A stretch of DNA of 61,282 nt, counting the filler, from Sphacelaria rigidula (taxonomy: Eukaryota): assembly GCA_964200075.2 (NCBI GenBank). It is 7 parts of 7 records of this genome, joined end to end, with 100 filler letters (N's around TTAATTAATTAA, not from the genome) between each part and the next. Parts side by side here need not be neighbours in the genome. Positions count along the whole stretch, not along the records: positions 43,848 to 52,515 come from CAXNAA020010446.1; positions 52,616 to 61,282 come from CAXNAA020010447.1; 5 more parts are not named here. The stretch is one strand, 5' to 3'. The position numbers and the translations under genes are program-made. Position 1 is the stretch's first letter. Each line of letters starts with the position of its first letter. Positions 49,401-61,275 of this stretch are shown here, one piece after another. Under the pieces are notes generated by a model. That model was not told the DNA's origin and did not search any database. It saw only the letters and a list, made by a program, of their open reading frames with translations.

Positions 49401-50455
49401 GCGGGGGGATACCATTCGGGCCTAGCAGGTACCCAGACCTGCGTCTCTTGTGTCCGCTGAATGCGCTTGACATTGTTTCGTCCATAGCATGCCGAAAAAC
49501 TATCGCCTATTCCACGCGGGCACGATGGCACCATGCATGACCTGGTTCCGCTCTATGTCACAAATCGTTCGTGACGGCATGTCCCACCGCCTGTGGTAAT
49601 GGGCGCAGCTGGGTCTTGGATGTCGTCTTTTGCGCGTGTGGGTTTGATAGTCGCACATACATATGCCCATCAGCTTCAATGGTCTCGTTCAATGGTCTTC
49701 TCGTGCTTTTATCAAATGCACAGGTGTTGTGGCGAGAGGGCAGCGATTCCCCCTGGAGCCCCGTCGAGGAAGAAAGAACAGGGATCGTGTTCGAGGGCGG
49801 CAAGTGTTTCGTCCGCGCATCCATCGACCACTTCTCTCACTGCTGTATCGCGAAGAACATTGACATGCGCTACACGCAACACGTCGAGGAAGTGTCCGGC
49901 TTTCATTGGAAACCACCGAGAACAAGGCAGCTGGAATTTGTCAACGCCACTTCCCGGCGACTGATTTTCCTTGTATTGCCGACATCATGTTCAAACAGAG
50001 CGCTTTTTTCCTTCCGTGCTGGTGCGTCACTTGCCGAGATCGGGGTGAACGCAGAGTTGAGGAATGCTGTCAGGCGGTCGATTTTTTCTTCGGCGAACAG
50101 GGCACGAATTATAGACGTCGGCCCGAGGACCACCAAGGTCGATCTTCAACGGGGTGAAAGATGCCCGTACGCTACTTGCATCATGCCGGACGCTGCAGGA
50201 ATGGCGGGAGTTTCACTTATCACTGTAGAGGGCACCGAGATTTCTGTTTGGAACTACCGACTTGTCCGTCAAAGGACGCGGATCACGATACTCCCTGGGA
50301 GGTTCGGCAACGGCATGTCTCCCATGATGAGAGCACGAGACTCAGCGCCGGGAAAAACGTCCGTCGTCGGGGCTGCACTGGAAATGCTACGGGAGTGGCT
50401 GGAGTGGAGCGGACAGCTGGCACCGACATCGACGGTGTCGCGTTCCCCCGGATGA
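46444..50455 (+). CDS. ZU5-like domain protein with HFS motif and uncharacterised C-terminal domain
   Basis: Exons 46444..47307 (ATG...HK|gtgaca) and 49724..50455 (gcacag|VLWREG...stop), phase 0. SVRLHVPVGC...LISEVVDCQPSGLTFDIPLHLDF follows the ZU5 pattern (V.L.IP.GA...SP.V.CGP.G..F..P..L), then W and RASIDHFSHCC. Confidence 0.75.
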
Positions 50456-51968
50456 AGCGTAGATTAGAGGCTTTCTTTGAGATGCAAGTTGAGTTCACAT
50501 ACGAGCCGTGAACATCCTTGGGTCAAAACATACATCAGTGTTGCACTACTTGCACCCAAACGCCGATGTAACAGCGAACAAGTGAGCGGATGTCTCGGGA
50601 GAGGAACACAGGTTTTGTAAAACATTATTCAAAGGGCACGCTCTGTCGGCATTGAAGGATATTTGTTCTCCGGTGTGCGTTGACACCTACGCGCACTACA
50701 GTAGTACCAACACTCGGATCTTGTTCTCCAAATAATCCGAAGGCGCCGGGGTACCCGCAGTACTGACAATATGATAGAAGAGACACAAGTGACTAAAACG
50801 GATAATTCGTAGTTCTGGGCGTCGAGCGGGTTCGGGGGGTAAGGGGGTGGAAGGGGGGGTGAGGGTCCGCACGCCGAGTTTCCAGCGAATTGCGTGTGCC
50901 CCAAATGCGTAGAACATTTCTCCAGCACCTTGTATCCGTAATCTAGAGGTGCTTGGTTTTCGCATGTGTAAAAGTACTAGCACTTGGTGCGGAGAAGATA
51001 ATTCTTGACGTTAGTGCTGTGTAAAAGCTGCCGTTAGATATTTGGAACGATACCGATAACTATCCATTTCCGTCTGATGTTATTCACCGCTTGGTTATAT
51101 TATGAGACATATATCTGCATAATTTCACATTCGATGCCGAAAAATTACTTTCTTTCCATCGCTTGGTTTTACAGCGGTAAACCCGATTACATGTCGGGTA
51201 CGGTCGCGCGAGGTCGAATATCCGACATTATACGAATTTGACATTGGCTGGCTGATTGATTATGACACACTAACAGATTCGCAAGGGATCCAGACGGGGA
51301 CACGAGATGAAAAGGGCTTACAAATGTAAGTTTCCCGTTCATACCTACATGTAATAGAGAATAATGAAAGGACATGAATGTACACGGGCCAAGCTCATCT
51401 TCAACCTCATCTTCGTCATTGTAGGACCCCACGCTCATTGGATCACATAGGAGCTTGAACATCCCAGGATCGACGTTTCTCGAGACCGCTCGGGTCAGTC
51501 CCTGCAGGGACCGCGCCCCTGACCCTAACACTAATACCAACCCGAACCCTTGCCCTATCCATAGGTGTGTCTGAAGTCCGATGCGGTCCAAAATTCACGC
51601 GGTCCTCACACCCATTACAATGAACATCGATACTCGGATCTGTAGAGGAGGTGGTAGTCCCGAGTGCTCCTGCCTCGTTCAGAACGTGTTCACGTCCAAA
51701 ATTGGCACCGCAGGCGCCAATTGCAGGTCTCGCAACGCCTACTTTGACTAGGAAATACTGCAGACCTATCTTATCCGAGGGTTCTCGGTATGCCTTGGTC
51801 GGGGTTAGGGTTGGGGGTAGAGGTTGGCGTCACCTCCATAATACCAACCATTGTGTACGACCGATGGGTCAGGTCCCTTCTCCTAAATACAGGAACTCGA
51901 AACAATTTTCCGTTCCTCAACCGCAAGGAAACTTTCCTCGATAAAATTTTTAAAATATTCAAATACTA

Positions 51969-52380
51969 GAGCTCGGAAATGGTATCAGTTATAACTGGCC
52001 ATTATCATTATAATGGTAATAATGGTAATGGTTACACGAAACATTTGGATAATGGTTTCAAACCATTATTTACCGTTACCGGCTTGATATGCTGTTACCG
52101 GCTACGTATTCTACATCCAGCCCTTGAACATTGGCCCAAATATGATGTATTTCTTAGCTCTAGTGAAGACAAATCGCGTATGAACGTACCTTAGTCACGA
52201 GGCCTCCAGCGGGGCCCTCCGGCGGCGCCTCCGGCGGGGTCCCCTCTGCCGGGGGAGGCTTTTTGGCTCGCCGCTGCGCCGCTCAATGACCAAACCATTA
52301 TGCACCATTTAACTGGTCAATGAGTGCGCTACGCGTAACCATTCAACTAGTTTATGGTTGAGCAAACCATTTCCGAGCTC
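51969..52380. mobile_element. TA-target MITE (412 bp)
   Basis: TA|GAGCTCGGAAATGGT ... ACCATTTCCGAGCTC|TA: perfect 15-bp TIR, with internal AATGGT/ACCATT repeats. Confidence 0.9.
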
Positions 52381-52515
52381 TATCAAATACCCCACAAATT
52401 TCCCGCCCATGCTTCCTGGCTTCTGCGTGTAGATCAACTATATTGAACACCCTCCCTACCTTTGTCGACGAACAAGCCTCTGCATTAGAGGGAAATGTAC
52501 CAATTAAGATACGCT

Positions 52516-52615
52516 NNNNNNNNNNNNNNNNNNNNNNNNNNNNNNNNNNNNNNNNNNNNTTAATTAATTAANNNNNNNNNNNNNNNNNNNNNNNNNNNNN
52601 NNNNNNNNNNNNNNN
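52516..52615. other. Artificial contig-join linker
   Basis: N44-TTAATTAATTAA-N44. Confidence 0.98.
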
Positions 52616-52620
52616 CCTCC

Positions 52621-52653
<33 letters not shown>

Positions 52654-52962
52654 ACCGTACACACGTTAGACGTGCAATCGACCGACGGAACGACACAACC
52701 CTGCGGTATTCCTGCGGTACCCTCTCCACGACATCACCTCGCTGCCGACTACGCCCACATTTTTCGGAAGTATTCATGTGCAACTTGGCCACACCCTGGA
52801 CAATACATGGTCAGCAGATGCAATAGACTAGAAGTGTACTTAGTAAAGTACAGTCCTATTGCAGCTTTTGTCGGCCATCAATAGTTGCAATGGGCCTATA
52901 CTTCAACCAGTACGTATTTTATACATTGCATGATTTGACCATATTTTGTCCAGGGTGTGAGC

Positions 52963-55484
52963 TTAGCTCTGCCGTGTCCTGAGGACGAACTCTGTGTCCG
53001 CAGCGACAGCAGCGACTGTGGCGGCGGCGGGGGTGATCAAGACATTCCCGTTCGCCGCCGCCGGAGCGTTGGCATTCGTGGCCGCGGTTTGGCCGGAATA
53101 GCCGGGTGGAGTGTCATCATCGCCTACATCCATGTTGGCCAGAGAGGGCAACAGTGACACCGCTGCTGTTGACGTTGGTTTTTGTGTTGCACTGACAGCA
53201 GGTGCGGTTGACGCCGTCGCTGCTGATGCACCTACCGCATCGCCATCACTGCTAGTGCTACCACCTCCACCGGCGGCGGAGGCATTTTGAGCGTCACACT
53301 CTCGAGTTGGCTGCGCCGACCGCGGCTGCTGCTGCTGCTGTGTCGACGGCCGCTGGGGCGAAGTGGAAAACAATCTATCGTCAATGTGAGGCCTACTGTT
53401 TGGTATCGCAGCCCCGGCACCGCCCGTGCCTCCAATCCCACCGACCGCACCTCTCGTTGACCCTGCCAGCGGCGAAACCGAACATGAAGCAGAACCCGCG
53501 GCATTGTTGCTGTTCGCGGTGGACGAACCGGAACAAATTCTGTCGCTGCCGCCGCTGCCGCGGCCGACAACCACGCTCCCCGCCGGGCTTGCATCGGGCC
53601 GAGAGGGGCGGGGGGGCGAGGGGGCGGGTACCCCGGTGGCCGTTGTTCGGCCGGCAGCGGGTGACTTTTCTGCGTCCTCTGTTGAGAAAGTGACGCGGTA
53701 CGGGGTAAGGTCGTGTCCGTCCTCGCACTTGGTGCTCACTTCTTCGTCGCATGCTGAGCAACTGTTGTTCCGTTTCGGTATGGAGTATGACAAATGGCGG
53801 GGGGAGAAAAAGAGGAAAGGCGGTCAAAATTTTTGCGTATGACCGAACACCAACACCGACTAGGATTCGAAGAGCACCTTCTAACTACAATGGAATGGAA
53901 AAGTTCACGAACAAGAGGGTGTGTGCACAATCGACCTGGACATTCTCTTCTGATGTGCGTCACTTGGGAGTATTTGGCGTAAGGCCAGCAACGCGGAGAG
54001 GACTCCCGCGTTGGGTCACGGCAAAAAAAAGCGAAGGCTCAAACGTGGCCGAAAATCCACTCGTACAACCACATGGATATACAGTTTATCATGGAGTGTG
54101 CAGCAGTTCCTCGCAGAGACAAGCAAAAAACAAAAACAGCGAACGTTGGGAGTTTCGGAACCAATCGAATAATGAAAGGCAAGATACTAGAGTCGACAAC
54201 TCACAGGTCGTAATTGCAAACTCCGCAGTGGTAGCGCACGAACCGCACGGGGCGATGACACCGAGAGCAGAACGGGTTAAGGCTTCGGCTCTCTGGTCGA
54301 TGCAGGTGGTACAATACCATAGCGGACGAGTGCTTCGCTCTTCGTAGGGTGTCGAATTGGTAATGCCGGTACTGTAGGGGCAAAAGAGGAGTTGGGGAAT
54401 CGAATGGATGTAGGTCAGAGCGAATAACCAAGGTGGCGTTATGGGGGGTAAGAGCATATTCAGTAGGAATTGGCATTTCTCACAGAAATCACACAACTGT
54501 CGGGTGCCGGTAGGGAAGCCTCTCAGAACTTACAGAACCTGTCCAGAGCGGTATGGAGGTTGTACAGAGACCCTTACCCGCGACCGGGTATTTTTTCTAC
54601 ACTCGTATCTCGGGGTATGGGTGAACCAAGGGCGCCCAGGAAAAATTTTCCTAGACCCACACTCACATTTTTTAATTTCGGGCTGATTGAGGGGGGGGGG
54701 CGGCAATTTGTTCTATTGTATGGGATTTAGACTGGGCACACTAAAACGTATATTGATTTTACACCATGTACTATTTTATATGCCTATTCTACACCCTACA
54801 TAGTCTGTATCTGTTTTGTATGGGTTTCAGACCATGCACACTCAAGGCTTATATTGAGCACGTAAATAGTTCTGCCGCTCCATACCAAAAAAAACGCGGT
54901 CACCACGGAAGCGAACCCGGCAAGTACACATAAAGTAGTAGCGACCCAGCCAGGGAAACCCTCCTCAAAAAGACTACATACATAGGTTGAGTATGCCCTG
55001 TCTATGTATGGCCAATACACTTCAATGTGTAACCGAACTTGTACGGTCTACAAAGCAGCCAGTGTAGAGAGTCTACAGATGTGTACCCTGTCATTATATG
55101 TTTAGGTTTGAGAGTACCGCGCGCGGTGATCTTGATGGTCTTCTTCCATCTGCGGAGAGACGTGTCTTCAAGGAGGACGAGCCGACCACACACCCCTTCC
55201 GTACGTGGCCCAAGAACGGGGGGCCATAACAACTTATTTTTTCAGCTGTCAACTTTTGCCGACTGCATACATACTCCACGTACACTTACGATTCGATTAC
55301 GCATCGCCTACAAAAGTTACTGTGAAGTCGTCGTTGCTGCCACTGGTTTGCTCAAAAAAGAATCGGAAACAACAAAAACCTCCGTCTATACCATTCCGGG
55401 AACCTCTTGCTGAGCACTGGCGCCCCAAAGGCTCAGAAATAAGTGTTCAGTTTGAGCAAAAAGTTTTTGAAATCAGGAGGTGCT

Positions 55485-55522
<38 letters not shown>

Positions 55523-55657
55523 TTTTTTTTTTGTTCTGGGGGGGGGCGCGGCCCCGNNNNNNNNNNAGCGTCCCGAACAGGTGGGGGGGAGGGGGGGAGG
55601 GTGGAGGGGGGGCAGAGGCGGGGAGGGGGAGGGGGTGGGGGGGGTGGGGGGGGGGGT

Positions 55658-55705
<48 letters not shown>

Positions 55706-58700
55706 AGTGTGGGTCCAGATTTTTTTTTCTGAGCGCCCGTGGGTAAACCTACAATCGCCGTGATCGAAACTTGAACCCGAAAGTTTGGGGGGGAAAACGC
55801 AAAAAAATGGACGTACACATGACGTAAAAACTGACCTGACACATCTCAAGGAAGGTGTGGCGGGCGTCCACAAGCGCGCGAGAGATGGGTGGATCAGGAT
55901 CTTGACAATCAGGCGTAAGGACACCATCCAGCCCCGAGGACGCGTGCCAGGCTTCAAGCTCCGCTAGCATTTCCTCGTTGGTCATTCCGGAGGCGGCGCG
56001 CGGAGGCGGCGGGCGGGCTGGTCGGTCCGGCTCTCCCAGCGAAACGACCAGAAGGTCCTTGCTGATACGTGTGACCGCTCGAGAAAGTGACTGTCCATGA
56101 CACGCACGGTGAGGGGGATGGTGATTGTGACGGGCGGAGAGGGAACATTAAAATTCTCTCGGCGCTCTCACATATACATTTGAGTTCGACACATATTCCA
56201 CCAGTTCCGTCTCTCACGCTTCGTCTCTATTCCCGCCCATGACAATTCGGAAAACTTCACAACATTCACACCCTGGACAACAGATTATTTGTAAAAAAAT
56301 GTAATGCGTACAGTATGGATTATTTTGTCTGTTGCAATAGGTGTAATAGTCGATACTGTACGCAGTACACTTCTTGACCCATGTACCATGTTGTCTAGGG
56401 TGTGCCAACATTTTGGAAGAGTAGAGGATACAAAAAAAAACAAGACGCACCTGAAGCATGCGTCCGATCCGATCCGCTTTACCCATCACTGCCGTACCGG
56501 GTCCCTTTCCGCGCTTGGCCTTCCCCTTCTTTCGCCCCTTCGTGCCTGCCGCGGCATCTATACTCTGCGCGCGCAGCCTGGGACTGTGCGGTCCACTGCT
56601 TGCGTTGGCGCTGCCAACCCCACCCACCACCCCAGACCCCACTCCAGCACCCGTCCCATGTCCACCGCCGATCGAAAGTCCGAGAGATTCTGACCGACTA
56701 CTGGCGCGCGATACTACTCCCACCGGCGACGGGACAGCCGGCGGATGACTGCCGCTGGAACCGTCGGGAGCGGAAGGGGTCGGACAACGCGACGGCACTG
56801 CGCTCATGCTCACTGTCCTAGCTCGCATGATGCTACCGCCGCCACCAAGACCAGTCGTGTCTGCGGAAGCTACAGTCGACGCTCGGGAGACGGAGACTGA
56901 AGAAGAATCCAAGCTCATCGCACGGGACTGCCGTTTTTGCGCGTGGGTATGCTCTGCACCTTCGCTGCCGGTATACGCAGCATTGGAATGCTGCAATGGA
57001 CGCACAGTGATTTCCGTTGTAAGATTGCCGCCAATGTTTCCGCCGCTGGTGCTGTGGTCGTTGTGACCTGCCAGCGGGACAAGCGTCGACGCAGCAGGTC
57101 CACCCCTCGCCTGTCCAGCCACTCCACCCGTCACAGTCATCACAGTCGCCGCCGCCCCGGCGGCTGGCCGAGAAGCGCAAGCCTGGTTGACGCCTTGATG
57201 GTCAGAAGCCGGGTGCGGAGGAGTCAGGACAAGCAGCGGCACCGATGTTAAGTTATTCGCAAGACCATCGTTCGGAGTGGGGGCCACCACCACCGATGAG
57301 GGTGCACTTGTAGTCGCAGCAACGGACGAGGATGGCGTGGACACTGGATTGGCGGAAGCCGAGGTCAAGACTGTAACCGCCCCTGACGCCCCCTGCTGCT
57401 CTTGGGCCGGCTCGGCGGCCACTCTTGAACCTGTAACACCCTCGATTGCAGCCGCTGCTGCTACCGTCTCTGCAGCGGCTGTCACCTGCATCGTCCCCGG
57501 CTGTGCGGGGTGCACCGCCGGTTGGGATTCGGCTTGGCTCCGAGTCGGGCAAACCTCTTGCTGTCGGGTTTGGTCGTCGTCCGCGGAGCCAGGAATGGCC
57601 CGACCGTTAGCCCTACCCATCGAGGACGCGCCCTGCTGCTGCGGTTGCGACACGCTGTTCTCCATCTGTCTAGGGCCCGCCGGCACAGCTGGGGTGGCGG
57701 TCGGGTGGGCCCCGGTGGAGCTAGTAGCCACACCAGCAACGCCAGCAACGCCTACAGCCGAAGAAGCACCACCCGCATGCAACTCTAACTGCTGCGCAGA
57801 TTGCTTTTGGACCAATCCTTCACTACTACAACAATTGTTTCCAGCAGCAGTCCCCTCGCCTTCCCTCGTCCCATCACCGCCAGAGGAAGCACCATTTTTG
57901 CTTGGCTTACTACCGCCCCCCCCGCCCCGCTCCTCCTCGGACCGACCGTCGGCCATGAGAACCGACAATGCCTCTTGCCCCTCGCGTTGCTCTTCATCGT
58001 CACGTCCTCCGCGCCCAACCCCGCCTGCGCCGGAGCAGCCATCCTCGGTGGCGCCATAACAGTCAGCGAACGATTGCGCGGACGCCGTTGAGCCGCGCCG
58101 CTGGAGCATGCGTGCGCCGGCGGGACCGTAAAACTCGGACACCGACATGATGGCGGTGGACTCGGATCGGCTCAAGCGCTCTGGTCCGGCAGACGAGGCG
58201 TAGCCTGTGTCCAAGTTTGTGTCACTGCTGGTTTTACTGATTCCGCCAGATCCCCCGAGAGATCGCACGGCGTGGTGGTGCTGATGCTGCGGCTGCGACT
58301 GGGCGCTGGAAGATGACGCTGTTTCCACTGTGCTGTCTTCCGCCATGGTCGGCATGGGGTCAACCGTGCGCGAGGTGCGCACGCACAGAGCAGCCCAGGT
58401 CTGGACACATGTGAGTGCAACGACACGGTGGAACGATCAAGTGAGTGTATGAACCGTGACGGTTTCTAAAAAGAGGTATGTTCACATCGGGAGCAAGGGA
58501 GGGTGGGTGGAAAAGCAGCCCATGGACGACGAGGCAAGGGAAGCCGGGGCAACGAGCACGGACAGGATGCTCGAAATGCTGAGTGAATTTCACCATCCCG
58601 TCCGCGCGAATGGCACAAGAAAATCCATCTCCTTTTGTCTTCCTCACCTGGCGAGCCAGTTGACTGAGAGGACCAACAGCATTATGCTCCCACGGGATTG

Positions 58701-60643
58701 ACGATTTCCCCGGGGCCGTGGGTCGAACAACAGCTGCTGCGGCCGCGGCAGTCGCCGCATCCACCGCAGCCGCCGCGGCTGCTTTTGCCGCAGGCGTTTG
58801 GGCGCCGCTACCGGGTGTGGACGGCATCGGTGGAGCGGGCTCCTCCAGCAAGAGGTTTTCTAAACCCATGTCGTGCATCCCTGGCAGCCGGTTGACCGCG
58901 TTCTCGAGAGCGCGCACGGTTTTATCGAAGATCTGCGAGGAGGAACGTTCCCAGCAGCGCACGGGGACAGGGGGTTGGTGGCGAGCAATTTCACGTACCA
59001 AGTGTGGCACGCTCGTGAATAAACGTTGGGCTTTCTCGACTTCGTTCTTAATTCCACATCGAACGGCAACGTGAAATTGTTTCGGAAGGGACTACTGTAC
59101 CATTTTGCTCCAAGGTGGGGGCAGTGTGGGCAAAGAGCAACAACCATCACAAAATCACCTGCTCTGCTTTTCAGCACCCGAGTTTCACCTTCTAATTCGA
59201 TGAGAGCAAAATAGAACACGCTCGTGGTTTGTCTGCCTTCCAACGACATTGAGAATGGAAGGGCACCATCATCATCGCAATCGACCAAAAACACGGAGCA
59301 TCCGAAGACCGCGCAAGCCTACCAAGGAAGGACAACATATGTGACACCACCACAGCCACGAAAGGATGCAAACCACAACGGAGCACACATAGAAATCGCT
59401 ACTTTTTTCTTCCCGAGCCCCAGGCACCCCTTCAACGACTCGAAATTGACATAGATAAATGACTTTTGCACGGTTCGGACAACTCATGGCCGGTTCGGAT
59501 CGCCACATCCACGACTTTTTCACGCCTGATTGCTCCAAAGAGGAAAAAAAAATGACCGCTGGTCAAAAAGGTCTCCACCCAATTTTCGCGCAATCCCACG
59601 TGCCTGGGCTACGCGTACCCGGCATACGACGCTGACAACAGAGTCCGAAGATTGATTCGTATGGTACGAATCGATTACACTAAAACCAAGCAATTTCCAG
59701 CCGAATTATCTATTCGCCCAACCCTTGGAATTTGGCAGTCGCCAGCGGAAAACACCACTGATGCGATTTCCGTCTGGAACAGTTCAAGGTCATTCTCCGT
59801 CGAGACACTTTCCATCACCTCCTGGCGACCGAAAGACCTCCGTACACTCTGCACGACCTCTCAACCAACTCGCCTACCTTGCGCGAGACACAACGCATCC
59901 CCTTAACACCACATTGTATTATGTGCGTGTGCCTTTGTTTCAGATGACATGAGACAAAACAGACATGCGCAACAGGGCATAGACCAACTACCGCCTCCCC
60001 GTCCTTCATGCGGACAAAAACACATCAACACACCTTGGAGAGCTTGGAGGCAGCCACGTGTATGGGATGCTTGGGAGGGTTGTACTTCCTAGCATTATCG
60101 AAAATCAGACGCACGTCAGCCACGAAGGCACCCGCATCATGATACTGCATTCGGTCCAGAGTTTCGGCGACGGTCCTGCGGACACCGAGAACATGGGAGC
60201 AGGCGGGGAAGAGAGGTGGCAAAAATTCACGTTCAAGCTGGCAAGCTGTACAGTCTTACTTCCATCAATTTTGTGCGAACGGATCCAAAGTAATACTCGA
60301 GTTCGCTGTGTCCCCTCTGACGGGGGGGGGGTCTCCCCGAATAACGCGGCGCACCTCACGATCGCCCATACCTCAGCGCACCACACATACATGCCCACTC
60401 CGCCGGGAAAGAAAAGGGATAAATTCACAGTGTTACACCAAGTGCTTCAAAACTCCACACCGTTCACTCCAAGGCAGACAATCAACGAACGAACTGTTTT
60501 TTCAGCTTCTCTCCAGCTCTTACCCAAGGTCCATCGGAGTCGTGATGACCTGCAGGTAGTCGGGGCAGCGATCTCTTGCAGGGTCCACCGGAGCAGTGAA
60601 GGGTGCCCCTTGCTGGTGCTTGATCAACTCCACCAGAGATTGC
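52963..60643 (-). CDS. CBP/p300-like (KAT3/HAC) histone acetyltransferase gene, 5'-partial: bromodomain, HAT C-terminal segment, ZZ finger
   Basis: Phase-consistent GT-AG exons: 60524..60643 (PFTAPVDPARDRCPDYLQVITTPMDLG), 60034..60175 (ADVRLIFDNARKYNP), 58648..58932, 56451..58400, 55836..56090 (KDLLVVSL...DPDPPISRALVDARHTFLEMCQ), 54205..54371 ([24 protein letters not shown]...CSRC...RYHCGVCNYDL), 52963..53761 (CSAC...GHDL). Compare p300 DPDPLIPCDLMDGRDAFL and plant HAC [22 protein letters not shown]. Confidence 0.9.
54627..55741. mobile_element. ~1.1-kb non-autonomous TIR element in an intron of the CBP-like gene
   Basis: Left CAAGGGCGCCCAGGAAAAATTTTCCTAGACCCACACT versus right (rc) CACGGGCGCTCAGAAAAAAAATCTGGACCCACACT; near-identical 7-bp flanks GGTGAAC/GGTAAAC. 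Confidence 0.6.
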
Positions 60644-61019
60644 CTGCCACCCAACGCGGAGCAAGCACGCCGACGAAACACCGCACGAAACCTTAAAGAA
60701 AATTTTTGAAAAAATTGAGCGTTATGTCCACCTCACCAAGACCCGGGACTCATTTACAGTTGGGATCTCCGAAGGGGAACGTCGCTTCGTACGAGCTGGG
60801 CCAGCCTAAAAACGGATTCAAGCTCTAAAAGCAATATCTCATCGACACACACGAGTTGGGCCGTGATCCGCACGTCGTATTAATCGTCTCATCAAGGGGA
60901 GGGTGCCCATCTACTCAAAACTTTGGGCCCATATTTTCTCGTTGATGAAACCTCATGTCTAGCAATTCCTTGCCGGAGATAGCGCCAATACCAAAATCTC
61001 TATGAAACTCCCGATCTAT

Positions 61020-61275
61020 GCATTCAGCCGATGGCGACGAAAATTGGTATGGAGAACCGCAAAAGAGTGCCGAATAAAAAAAAAAATGGACGTCCATTTT
61101 TTTTCATAGAGGTTACGGCGTTTTCGTGAAGAAATGGTCTTTACGATACAAACACGCCCTCAACCAGTGAAGAATGAATGAAAAAAATCTTGTCCACTGA
61201 GTTTTGTTAATTATGCCCTGGCGAGAGCCCACACAAATTTCCAATACACAAAAACCAAACGTGGGCCGGTGAGTG
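61020..61275 (-). mobile_element. Terminus of the same repeat family as 1-430 (copy 2), in an intron of the CBP-like gene
   Basis: Reverse complement CACTCACCGGCCCACGTTTGGTTTTTGTGTATTGG...CAGGGCATAATTAACAAAAC matches the window start. Confidence 0.65.

Noticed and set aside
51520-51830. Telomeric (CCCTAA/TTAGGG) repeats
   Set aside because: Only one or two degenerate units within repeat-derived DNA; not a telomere array.
8671-52615. Regular ~8.77-kb periodic TTAATTAATTAA motif as a biological array
   Set aside because: Embedded in N runs; it is an assembly linker with stops in all six frames.
55433-55842. Poly-Pro / poly-Gly ORFs and a G-quadruplex-like tract
   Set aside because: Long poly-G with an internal N gap inside an intron; low-quality homopolymer sequence, not credible coding.
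57277-58059. Long antisense ORFs over GC-rich exons (also 22551-23054, 36396-37181, 37967-38518, 53426-53842)
   Set aside because: Shadow frames of real exons on the opposite strand, expected from high GC content.
11828-60643. Chromatin-gene cluster (SET + EsV-1-7 + CBP-like)
   Set aside because: The genes are on separate unlinked contigs, so co-occurrence reflects length sorting.
1-61275. Inverted ~200-bp homology between the two window ends, suggesting a 61-kb giant transposon bounded by TIRs
   Set aside because: The ends lie on different, artificially joined contigs; the copies are clearly diverged; the right copy sits in an intron of a gene that continues off-contig. They are two copies of an abundant repeat at which contigs broke.
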